This document shows, one piece after another, positions 16,040 through 23,240 of a DNA stretch of 64,000 bases; position 1 is the stretch's first letter, and each line of letters opens with the position of its first letter. This DNA is from a virus, in IMG/VR virus record IMGVR_UViG_3300045988_174111, positions 1 to 64,000 of that record; one strand, written 5' to 3'. Under the pieces are notes generated by a model. The model saw nothing but the letters and a program-made list of their open reading frames with translations, was not told the DNA's origin and made no database searches. The position numbers and the translations under genes are program-made.

Positions 16040-16982
16040 GAAATTATTCAACTTTCTTCAGATTTTTCTCAAGATTTTCGATTTACTCCTGTTCCATACC
16101 TATCCACAAAGTTAGGAGCTGAAGTTACAATCTGTAAGTTTGAACGTTCAAACAGGTTTCAATTTATTACGAACTTTTTCATATTTCATTTCAATCTGTT
16201 GCTGCTACTCCGGAGCATAGTTTCAAACTATAAGTCAGGAACGTTTCCATGACACGTCATCACCCGTCATCACACACGTAACATCATCACCCCACAGCAA
16301 GTTACACACGAAAACACACCCCATGACACACCTTGTTATTCCTGCACCGAATTTCCCGGAGTAGATGCAACCAAACGTCCGTGTCTTGGTGGAGAGGTTT
16401 TAGTGGCTGTTTTTAGTCGTTTACAGCGTCAGAACCGCCAGTCTCGTGATAACGGATAGTGAGGCATGTGAAATCGTCGCAAATGACAACCCTCGACGTC
16501 CTGGAGCTGAGGTAGGGAGAGTCATCGAGCACACGGGTGACGGGTTGAGTCGCGCAGGATTCCTGGCGCAGGAAGTGTTGCAGTCCGGATTCTAAAATAC
16601 CTCCACACATCATCACCCACTCCAACCCACCATTGTAACCCACACCCCAACCAACCCCCCACACTCCGTATATCACCACCCCTGTACCCATACCCCCTGA
16701 CCACGTACATGTACCTCTACATTATGTATTTCTAACCCATCAGTGATTATCACCCCTACTTTTATTTTTGACAGGTATAAATGAATCACTGAATTCGATA
16801 CATCTCATACCATACTCTATTAGGAGCTAACCATACTGGGGTACAGAATAATACCATGACTTTGGTAGACGTCCCTGTTCGAGACGTCTAGAGGGGTGTA
16901 ACAGGCCATCATCGTGACTCATCACACCCCTCAGCAGATTTACTAAGAAACAAAACCAAAATATCGAACCCCAAATCTAATT
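16040..16982. other. ORF-poor, compositionally aberrant island (candidate structured ncRNA or cis-acting site)
   Basis: No convincing ORF over ~940 nt. Two C/A-rich, nearly G-free plus-strand tracts (16248-16332, 16596-16705) flank a GC-rich core. Five exact CATCAC plus variants. 16-bp perfect palindrome at 16138-16153. Inverted repeat 16205-16213 / 16356-16364. Confidence 0.5.
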
Positions 16983-17192
16983 TTATCGAGTAAAGCTTCC
17001 TATCCCGCCAGTTCCGGACGCTCCTTCGTACTCACGTTTCAACGCTATAAGCGTAGCATCATTATGCCTTAATGTTTCAAGAATTTCTTTAGCATTTTCA
17101 TACTTCTCCTCCTTGAGGGCTTGCTGATACAATTTTCGAAGCTCTATCTGATACATTGACAGCACAGGCAATTGAACCTCAGTCAGCTTCAA
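16983..17192 (-). CDS. Hypothetical protein
   Basis: 69-aa helical ORF. Confidence 0.5.
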   Translation of the reverse strand: MKLTEVQLPVLSMYQIELRKLYQQALKEEKYENAKEILETLRHNDATLIALKREYEGASGTGGIGSFTR

Positions 17193-17194
17193 TG

Positions 17195-17521
17195 CTATGA
17201 TAAAATTTTATTGGCCAAACTGTCCGCTGCCCTTTTCAACGCTACGTAGAGCCATATCATACCTACTATGACGACAAGCGATAAGACGCCAAGCGCAATC
17301 AATAAATAAAACATTCCTTCCATAATAGCTTTATTTTGTTCAACAACCATTAAATTGAATTCTGTCTCTATTTCTGACAGGTACACCGTTGTTCCGTCGA
17401 CATTTACGGCCAACTCATTATTTTCATCCTCATCAGCAAACACTTCAATAATTTCGCCCGTGTTTATGTTACGTACCATGTCCCCAGCCTTAATTTCTTT
17501 TCCGTATAAATCTTTAAACAT
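17195..17521 (-). CDS. Hypothetical protein with C-terminal transmembrane helix
   Basis: GMFYLLIALGVLSLVVIVGMIWLYVAL is a hydrophobic segment. Confidence 0.55.
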   Translation of the reverse strand: MFKDLYGKEIKAGDMVRNINTGEIIEVFADEDENNELAVNVDGTTVYLSEIETEFNLMVVEQNKAIMEGMFYLLIALGVLSLVVIVGMIWLYVALKRAADSLANKILS

Positions 17522-17523
17522 AA

Positions 17524-17715
17524 TCAGCCCTCCTTAGTTATCGCTTTTGCTATTGCCATCAATGCTTCATCTTTTGTGTCAAACGAGTATTTAGGACACA
17601 GAATTTCGGCTCCAATATCCCAATATGGTATAAACAAAAACCAGTGTCTTTGGTCTACCCTGTATCTTCCATAATGTAAATCTGAGCCTCTATCTACAAT
17701 TCTGAATTTCTTCAT
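17524..17715 (-). CDS. Hypothetical protein
   Basis: 63-aa ORF, 2-nt spacing to its neighbour. Confidence 0.5.
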   Translation of the reverse strand: MKKFRIVDRGSDLHYGRYRVDQRHWFLFIPYWDIGAEILCPKYSFDTKDEALMAIAKAITKEG

Positions 17716-17718
17716 ATC

Positions 17719-17925
17719 TCAGTCTTTTACTTTTATGAAAACAACATCTTTTTTATCAAATCTTTTTTCAGCTAAACATTCACCATGAATTGATTTAGAT
17801 TGCTTCAATCCCAGAATACAATAATCCTCAAAATAACAATTTTCGCAACCTTTCATTTCTATACATTTTAGTTTAATCAATCCGCATTGGAATGTTTCCC
17901 CAACTTTAAATTCAGTCTTTGCCAT
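17719..17925 (-). CDS. Small Cys-rich protein
   Basis: 68-aa ORF (CIEMKGCENCYFEDYC). Confidence 0.5.
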   Translation of the reverse strand: MAKTEFKVGETFQCGLIKLKCIEMKGCENCYFEDYCILGLKQSKSIHGECLAEKRFDKKDVVFIKVKD

Positions 17926-17932
17926 TTGGTTG

Positions 17933-18277
17933 CTATTGAATTAAATACACTCGATTTACTTCCTTTCTCTTAATAACAGTCATTGACATTCTGTCCCCTG
18001 TTACACGAACGCCATTCTTAGCAATTTCCTTTACTGTGAAAACGGTTCCATAAACATTGTTCACTGTCTTAAACATGTCGCCAACCTTTAATTCATCAAG
18101 GCTGACTTCTTTATATTGTGAGCCGTCACCCATACACCACACTTGGTGGTTTTCACTATCGATTTTAATACAGTTCTTGCACGCGTGACATGCTGAACTC
18201 GCTATCTTACAGCTTCCATGAATATTGCAATCAGGCTGTAACAGGTTCCCATCGAACCAATAACTCATCTTTAACAT
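17933..18277 (-). CDS. Cys-rich protein immediately downstream of the sigma factor
   Basis: CNIHGSCKIASSACHACKNC...WC is a possible zinc site. C-terminal small beta-barrel-like segment. Confidence 0.55.
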   Translation of the reverse strand: MLKMSYWFDGNLLQPDCNIHGSCKIASSACHACKNCIKIDSENHQVWCMGDGSQYKEVSLDELKVGDMFKTVNNVYGTVFTVKEIAKNGVRVTGDRMSMTVIKRKEVNRVYLIQ

Positions 18278-18292
18278 ATAAAAACCTCCTAT

Positions 18293-18904
18293 TTATTTAA
18301 TATTTATATCCTTATAAGCGTTTAATTCTACCAATTCAAGCAAATCCTTTTTAGCCTTATGTAAGGCGTTTTTCACCTGTTGAATTGTGAGATTCATCTC
18401 GTCAGCAATTTCCTCGTAGCTAAACCCCTCAAAGAACCGCATTTGTATGACCCTTCGATACAGGAAAGGTATCTTTTTCAAGAGCCTCTTTACAAATTCT
18501 ATTCTTTGAGTATATGACAGCTCCTCCTCTGGGGTACGGCTGTCATCCATTATTTGTAACGTTGGGCGGTCGTTTTCAGAGTCATCAAAGCTATCGTCAA
18601 TACTCACGATATTTGTTCTCGATTGTCTTCTACAATAATCTATTGCACAGTTTCTGCCTATTCTTACCAGCCATGCACTGAGTTTATAATCTGGCTGAAA
18701 ATTCTTTAGCCTTTCAAAAGCCTTTTCAAAGGTTTCCATGACAATGTCTGAAGCCTGTTCACTGTCAGTGACGATTTCAGATATCTGAACAGTTAGGATG
18801 ACATTATATTTCTTGAATATCATAGAAAACGCTGATTGGTCGCCACACAATGCTCTTTGAACCAATCCGAAATCCTTTTCTCTGTGAGTAATTTTCTTGT
18901 CCAT
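18293..18904 (-). CDS. Sigma-70 family (ECF-type) RNA polymerase sigma factor
   Basis: Region 2: DIVMETFEKAFERLKNFQPDYKLSAWLVRIGRNCAIDYCRRQ. Region 4: YRRVIQMRFFEGFSYEEIADEMNLTIQQVKNALHKAKKDL. Confidence 0.85.
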   Translation of the reverse strand: MDKKITHREKDFGLVQRALCGDQSAFSMIFKKYNVILTVQISEIVTDSEQASDIVMETFEKAFERLKNFQPDYKLSAWLVRIGRNCAIDYCRRQSRTNIVSIDDSFDDSENDRPTLQIMDDSRTPEEELSYTQRIEFVKRLLKKIPFLYRRVIQMRFFEGFSYEEIADEMNLTIQQVKNALHKAKKDLLELVELNAYKDINIK

Positions 18905-18926
18905 ATTTTAGTATTTTGAATTTTGT

Positions 18927-19525
18927 TTAATCTTCTTCATCATCGCCAATAGTATCGAGCTGCTTATAATAAGTTTTATTCTTACATGCAGCCGCCATAG
19001 AGGAAATGGCCCAAATATCCTTAAGCGAAAGGTCAGATTTTTTACTTTTCTTTGTCAGCTCTTCAAATTCTTCGCATGTTTCTGAAGGATACAGTTTAAA
19101 TTTTTCTACATAAGCATGCTCGAACAGTTTTCTCATTCGTTTACGCTCTTCAAGAAAATTTTTCCTGTGCCAGTCCCACAGTTGACTGAACTCAATATAT
19201 TCAGCATGAGTAAACCAACATTTAATAAGATGCTTAGAACCTCTTTTCCAAAATGTAACTTCATTCATGTAACGTTCCGAAGTTCCATAGATAGACGTAT
19301 ATAGCTGAAGGAATAATTTACGAACTGAAGCCCGAACCTCAAATTCATAACAATGTTTTTCTTCTTCAAAAAGTTTTTCTTCATCTATTCCGTATTTTCA
19401 CATAAAGATTTTAAAAGGTTTTTGGCATTTTCAGCTTCTCCGGCCTCGCCTCTTTCAGAAAGGACTTTCAACTTTTGAAGCTTTAGCATTACGCATTCGG
19501 GAACTGAATTTTGTTTTAATTCCAT
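18927..19525 (-). pseudogene. DUF2786-like gene split by a missing base in an A-run (T4 on plus strand, 19395-19398)
   Basis: The 46-aa N-terminal ORF (19385..19525) ends ..NAKNLLKSLCENTE*. The -1 frame continues KYGIDEEKLFEEEKHCYEF... straight into 18927..19268. The joined sequence EAGEAENAKNLLKSLCEKYGID resembles the DUF2786 consensus. Confidence 0.6.
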
Positions 19526-19554
19526 GATTTACTGATTTAATTGTTTTTACACCG

Positions 19555-19585
19555 CAAATATAATAGGAAAGATTTACACTACAAA
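19555..19585 (-). promoter_or_regulatory. Bacteroidota-type promoter (TTTG-N19-TATATTTG)
   Basis: -7 at 19555-19562, -33 at 19582-19585, 30 nt upstream of the ATG at 19525. Confidence 0.7.
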
Positions 19586-19710
19586 GAAAAAATCAAAGAA
19601 TTTTAAAATAAAATGAGCCGAACTTCTCAGCCCAGCTCATCTTTATAGCAATAACTTTTAATTAAAATGGCAAATTACCTATTTAATAAACGTGGCAAAC
19701 GTTTTTTCGT

Positions 19711-19981
19711 TTAAATCCCACGGAAGAGCTGTCTTTCTACATTAAACCCCCTCTTAAAGGTTTTATTTTGTCTTCCGCAAATACAGTTATAAGTTTCACG
19801 AAACAAAAGTTCTTCGTTTTCATCAAAATTTTCAGGGTCAACTGTAAAAGCATTCCACCAAGCCCAAATATTTGAGCGATACTCAATTCCTATCTCTATT
19901 TTTAATGGCTGGGATTCTATTAATTTCGTATCTTAAACCCTTTTTCTCAGCAGCTTGTTTTAGTTCTTTTAAAGTTTTCAT
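19711..19981 (-). pseudogene. Hypothetical ~89-aa gene interrupted by an extra base in an A5 run (T5 on plus strand, 19888-19892)
   Basis: The ATG at 19981 gives MKTLKELKQAAEKKGLRYEINRIPAIKNRDRN*. The +1 frame continues ..IEIGIEYRSNIWAWWNAFTVDPENFDENEELLFRETYNCICGRQNKTFKRGFNVERQLFRGI* without an ATG. Confidence 0.55.
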
Positions 19982-20009
19982 CTTTCTGTTTGTTTTTTGT
20001 TTGACGGAA

Positions 20010-20040
20010 CAAATATAGTGGAAGTTCAAGAAAAATCAAA
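20010..20040 (-). promoter_or_regulatory. Bacteroidota-type promoter (TTTG-N19-TATATTTG)
   Basis: -7 at 20010-20017, -33 at 20037-20040, 29 nt upstream of the ATG at 19981. Confidence 0.7.
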
Positions 20041-20058
20041 GAATTATTCAAATTTTTC

Positions 20059-20090
20059 TTTGATGAAAATCAAAATTATCGTTATATATC
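20059..20090 (+). promoter_or_regulatory. Weak candidate plus-strand promoter for dps
   Basis: TTTG at 20059-20062, then 20 nt, then TATATATC (a degenerate -7 box). Confidence 0.25.
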
Positions 20091-20118
20091 TGTTCATTAA
20101 TTTCTAATTTTTTAAACA

Positions 20119-20604
20119 ATGATTAAAATTGGATTGAAAGAAGAAGAGTTGAATCAAAGCTCTAAGCTCCTGAATGGTTTACTTGCCGACCATTTTACAT
20201 TAATGTTGAAAGTATGGCAATTTCATTGGAATGTAGTTGGTACGGCCTTTGGCTCCTATCATGAAGCGATGAAAGGCCTGTACGAGTCTGAAATCGAAAG
20301 AGTTGATTCTATTGCGGAAAGAATTCGTTCTCTTGGAAAACGCCCGTTGGGTTCTATGGAAGCTATTTTACAGGCAAATCATATCCAAGAATTTAGAATG
20401 AACGAAGAGGTTCCGGAAGGAATTGACATGTGGGGAATTATCAGTAATGAATGGGCCCGCGTCATACAGTTTATCCGGGACATTCACAGTCAAATTCCGA
20501 AAAATGACCTCGCTACACTTAACTTCTTAGAGGACATGATTGACTCTATGGAAAAGGAGGCTTGGATGATACGCTCGTATAACAGTGTTCCGGGAATTGA
20601 CTAA
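20119..20604 (+). CDS. dps: Dps-family ferritin-like DNA-protection protein
   Basis: LLADHFTLMLKVWQFHWNVVGTAFGSYHEAMKGLYESEIERVDSIAERIRSLG matches the Dps ferroxidase-site pattern (HW.V.G..F...H...D..AER). Confidence 0.85.
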   Translation: MIKIGLKEEELNQSSKLLNGLLADHFTLMLKVWQFHWNVVGTAFGSYHEAMKGLYESEIERVDSIAERIRSLGKRPLGSMEAILQANHIQEFRMNEEVPEGIDMWGIISNEWARVIQFIRDIHSQIPKNDLATLNFLEDMIDSMEKEAWMIRSYNSVPGID

Positions 20605-20623
20605 AGTAAAATTCAAAATTTTA

Positions 20624-20642
20624 GGGAGGCTTGATGCCTCCC
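20624..20642. terminator. Bidirectional hairpin terminator between dps (+) and 20647..20988 (-)
   Basis: GGGAGGC-TTGAT-GCCTCCC followed by TTTTTT on the plus strand and an A/T-rich tract on the minus strand. Confidence 0.75.
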
Positions 20643-20646
20643 TTTT

Positions 20647-20988
20647 TTATTTGTGGTTACTTCGAATTTTTATGTATTTTATCCACGAATAACGCTTTCG
20701 GGTAGAAAGATAATCGCGATTCAAATCATTGTTGTATGCCTCTTCTTCAAAGCTGACATCGTGATAAGCACAGTTCTGCTTTCGATGGAAAAGTCGTATT
20801 AATAGATACTCTATTCCGTACCACAAATAGAACCCTATCCAAAGAGTCTCCTTCATTTGTTCCGTGTGAATAGACTCATGATTAATTACTCTAGGGGTAA
20901 CATAATCACTTTTCGTGAATAAAATCCCGAAAAAATTTAAAGTGGTGTATCTCCCAAAAGGGAACCATTTGTTAAAAATTATCTTCAT
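20647..20988 (-). CDS. Small HExxH-motif protein (putative zincin-like)
   Basis: VINHESIHTEQ contains HExxH, with later EEEAY. Hydrophobic aromatic core. Assignment is tentative. Confidence 0.4.
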   Translation of the reverse strand: MKIIFNKWFPFGRYTTLNFFGILFTKSDYVTPRVINHESIHTEQMKETLWIGFYLWYGIEYLLIRLFHRKQNCAYHDVSFEEEAYNNDLNRDYLSTRKRYSWIKYIKIRSNHK

Positions 20989-22460
20989 TTGTTTTCTCCT
21001 TTCTTTTTAGCTTCACGCCTAGCACGACGTCTTTCGCGTCTCGCTGCGGCTTCTGCTTCTAATTTGTTTACATTTACTTCACCCTCTTCTTTTTGTGCCT
21101 TATGACGAGCAATAGATTCACCTATCGCTCCCTTGATTCTCATTCCTTTCTTTTGTGGATAATGTTTATTAAGATTATAGTCAATTTCGAATTCACCTTT
21201 CGGTTCTTCTGGCTCATCTGACTCAGGTGTCAGAATAACCCCGTTCTCCTTTATCGAATCAACAAAATCATTATCAGGAGTAATTGGGTTGGCCTTATTA
21301 TCTTCCTGGGCTTTAGCTGCCTTAATCGCCTTTAACCTCATCAACATATTTTTACGAATATTTTCAGCAGTAGATTGAGCTTCGGGTTCTTTTTCATCGA
21401 TAATTTCCGCAATAGGTGTAAACTCTTTGACAAAATTATCTGAAGCCCTTTCAATCTGCCCCCAATCGTACTGTTTGATAAGTGCAGAAGGAAGCTGAAC
21501 CTGTTCGCCATCCATCAAGTTACCGTTAAAGCCATTAAACTTACTGTACCAACTAGAAGCCAACTGCCCGATAAGAACCGTTGGATTCAAGCCTACTTTC
21601 GCGGCTGTCAAGCCAATTACTAAGGCATTAATTGACATTTGCTTCATAACGCTCATGATATTTGTCTCTGCGTGAAGCGTTGCATTAATGTCAATGCGGC
21701 CGTCAACGGTCATCTTAATTTCGTTCCCCTTGACTTCTTTTCGAGCCTGTTCGATAATTCGTAGAATAAGGTTACAATAGTCGACATTACTACCCCCAGC
21801 AGCCTTATTCTTAATCTCAATTTCAACAAGCATTTGGTTCAATACCTCCAAACGGCCTGTTTCTGTTGCGATTCGGAAGTCTTTATTTTGAAGAACATAT
21901 TCTGCTCGGCGACGGGTAATGAGGTCTCTATTTTCAAGGTAGAATTTCTTCAATTCGTCTTCTGGAACCTTAATCCTGTATTCTTTAGCCATTACCTTAG
22001 ACACGTCGGAAATGGTGTAGAACTTCCCAAACAGTTCCATTATCGTTCCAGTATAGTCTACAATATTTCGAGGCTTCCTAGAACGTACTCCCATAGCTTT
22101 ATTAAGCTCTAAAACGGCACGTTGATAAGCACGGTCAAGTTGAAGATACTGAAGTCGTTTTGCGTTTACAGAACGCACGTCCGTAATGTCACCACCATAA
22201 GTCTTTACGACAGCCCCTGGATTGACAACTTGTTGGAAATCAATATCAAGTGTGCGCTCGTTTTCAGTTCCTTCATTCAGGATAATTTCGTAATATCTTT
22301 TAGGGGAAAGGTCTCGTTCTTCCTTTGCCCATTCCGCTGCTACGAACAAATCTTTTATCTCGTCGGAAGCTTCTAATATATAATCTGGAGCCGTTCGCAT
22401 TATGCGTTCGACATCCTCTTCAGTAATTACACGTTTTGGGACAGGTTTTTTCTTTTCCAC
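20985..22460 (-). CDS. Hypothetical protein with basic/acidic C-terminal tail
   Basis: 491-aa ORF. C-terminus EAEAAARRERRRARREAKKKGENK. Confidence 0.65.
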   Translation of the reverse strand: MEKKKPVPKRVITEEDVERIMRTAPDYILEASDEIKDLFVAAEWAKEERDLSPKRYYEIILNEGTENERTLDIDFQQVVNPGAVVKTYGGDITDVRSVNAKRLQYLQLDRAYQRAVLELNKAMGVRSRKPRNIVDYTGTIMELFGKFYTISDVSKVMAKEYRIKVPEDELKKFYLENRDLITRRRAEYVLQNKDFRIATETGRLEVLNQMLVEIEIKNKAAGGSNVDYCNLILRIIEQARKEVKGNEIKMTVDGRIDINATLHAETNIMSVMKQMSINALVIGLTAAKVGLNPTVLIGQLASSWYSKFNGFNGNLMDGEQVQLPSALIKQYDWGQIERASDNFVKEFTPIAEIIDEKEPEAQSTAENIRKNMLMRLKAIKAAKAQEDNKANPITPDNDFVDSIKENGVILTPESDEPEEPKGEFEIDYNLNKHYPQKKGMRIKGAIGESIARHKAQKEEGEVNVNKLEAEAAARRERRRARREAKKKGENK

Positions 22461-22478
22461 TTTTCTTTAAATAAAGAA

Positions 22479-22506
22479 GTGGCTGTCAACGACAGCCGAC
22501 AGCCAC
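22479..22506 (-). terminator. Hairpin terminator after 22522..22998
   Basis: GTGGCTGTC (22479-22487) pairs with GACAGCCAC (22498-22506). Confidence 0.6.
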
Positions 22507-22521
22507 TTTTGTTGAACATGA

Positions 22522-22998
22522 TTATTTCTTCTTAGAGGTCTGAGCCTTTGAAGTATCTGGTTTTGACTTCTGTTCAATCAGAACTACCCCCGTAAATTTA
22601 GTCTTATTCGCGGAAACAGTTTCAAATTCAGAAGCTTCCTCACCGCCTACCTCATTACCAACCTCAATCGCGGCCTCGGGGCTTTCAGCACGAACCAAAA
22701 TGAAGAAAGGAGTTTTGATAGTCTTTCCTTTGTCATTTGTATCCAAAAGTTCAATCTTAACTTTGTAGAACGGGTCTTCGATGTCGCACTCTTTGCTTTT
22801 TTCAACACGCTGTATCTTCGAAGGCTGAATCTTAGGAATTGAAAAGTCTTCACTTGGGAAAGTCTTTTTCATGAATTCTGTCACACGGGCTTCTGCTTCT
22901 GTATAACTTTCAACTTGGAAAAGCCACAGCTCTTTAACGGTCTTATATGTATTCTTAGGAGTAACCGTCAATCTTTTTGTTCTTACTTCAAAAAACAT
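22522..22998 (-). CDS. DUF4494-like protein (Bacteroidota-associated family)
   Basis: FFEVRTKRL...TVKELWLFQVESYTEAEARVTEFM and YKVKIELLD...FFILVRAESPEAAIE parallel the two-repeat DUF4494 pattern recalled from memory. Confidence 0.5.
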   Translation of the reverse strand: MFFEVRTKRLTVTPKNTYKTVKELWLFQVESYTEAEARVTEFMKKTFPSEDFSIPKIQPSKIQRVEKSKECDIEDPFYKVKIELLDTNDKGKTIKTPFFILVRAESPEAAIEVGNEVGGEEASEFETVSANKTKFTGVVLIEQKSKPDTSKAQTSKKK

Positions 22999-23013
22999 AA
23001 TTCAAAAATTTAA

Positions 23014-23235
23014 TTATAAATCGTCTTCTTCATTTTTATTTTTGGCAAATAAGGTAATATCTTGAATATCAACATACCACCATTCAGTTCGCGTTGCACA
23101 CTTAAATCTAGTAGGATACTCGGCTCTTCGTGGGTATGTGTCAAGAACTACGCATAAGGTATTTTCTTTGAACTGGTGGCCACTGTTATTATGGCGGATG
23201 CGTACAATGTCCCCTCTTCTGATTTGTTTTTGCAT
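23014..23235 (-). CDS. Hypothetical small protein
   Basis: 73-aa ORF between DUF4494-like and GroEL-like genes. Confidence 0.5.
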   Translation of the reverse strand: MQKQIRRGDIVRIRHNNSGHQFKENTLCVVLDTYPRRAEYPTRFKCATRTEWWYVDIQDITLFAKNKNEEDDL

Positions 23236-23240
23236 GGTAT

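Noticed and set aside
16100-16108. CTATCCACA, an 8/9 match to the DnaA box TTATCCACA
   Set aside because: It is a single copy. Roughly ten 8/9 matches are expected by chance in 64 kb on both strands, so it is not evidence for an origin.
16248-16705. The two C/A-rich tracts considered as DGR template/variable repeats or a retron msr-msd
   Set aside because: They share only an 11-mer, show no A-specific substitution pattern, and no reverse transcriptase gene is present in the window.
16413-16710. Two overlapping minus-strand ORFs (92 and 62 aa) inside the aberrant island
   Set aside because: Their N-terminal halves (GVWGVGWGVGYNGG.., GGWLGCGLQWWVGVG..) are direct translations of the G/T-rich repeat tract. 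There is no promoter or packed-gene context. The C-terminal half of the 92-aa ORF looks more protein-like, so coding potential is not excluded, but it is not annotated.
16868-16890. Stem-loop with GTTCGAG-like sequence considered as a tRNA T-arm
   Set aside because: The stem is 7-8 bp with a 7-9-nt loop, and no acceptor, D or anticodon arms can be drawn around it. I could not recognise any tRNA by eye anywhere in the window.
17933-18277. Cys-rich protein downstream of the sigma factor considered as a ZAS-type anti-sigma factor
   Set aside because: Its motif is H-x-C-x2-C (CHACKNC), not the ZAS H-x3-C-x2-C, and there is no anti-sigma N-terminal helix pattern. The idea is kept only as a hypothesis in the sigma finding.
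14163-19892. Programmed ribosomal frameshifting or transcriptional slippage as the explanation for the four broken genes (2981-2986, 14163-14170, 19395-19398, 19888-19892)
   Set aside because: There are no canonical X_XXY_YYZ heptamers or downstream structures. The shifts go in both directions (two extra bases, two missing) and all lie in short homopolymers. Sequencing or assembly indels or recent mutations are more parsimonious, but this cannot be proven from sequence alone.
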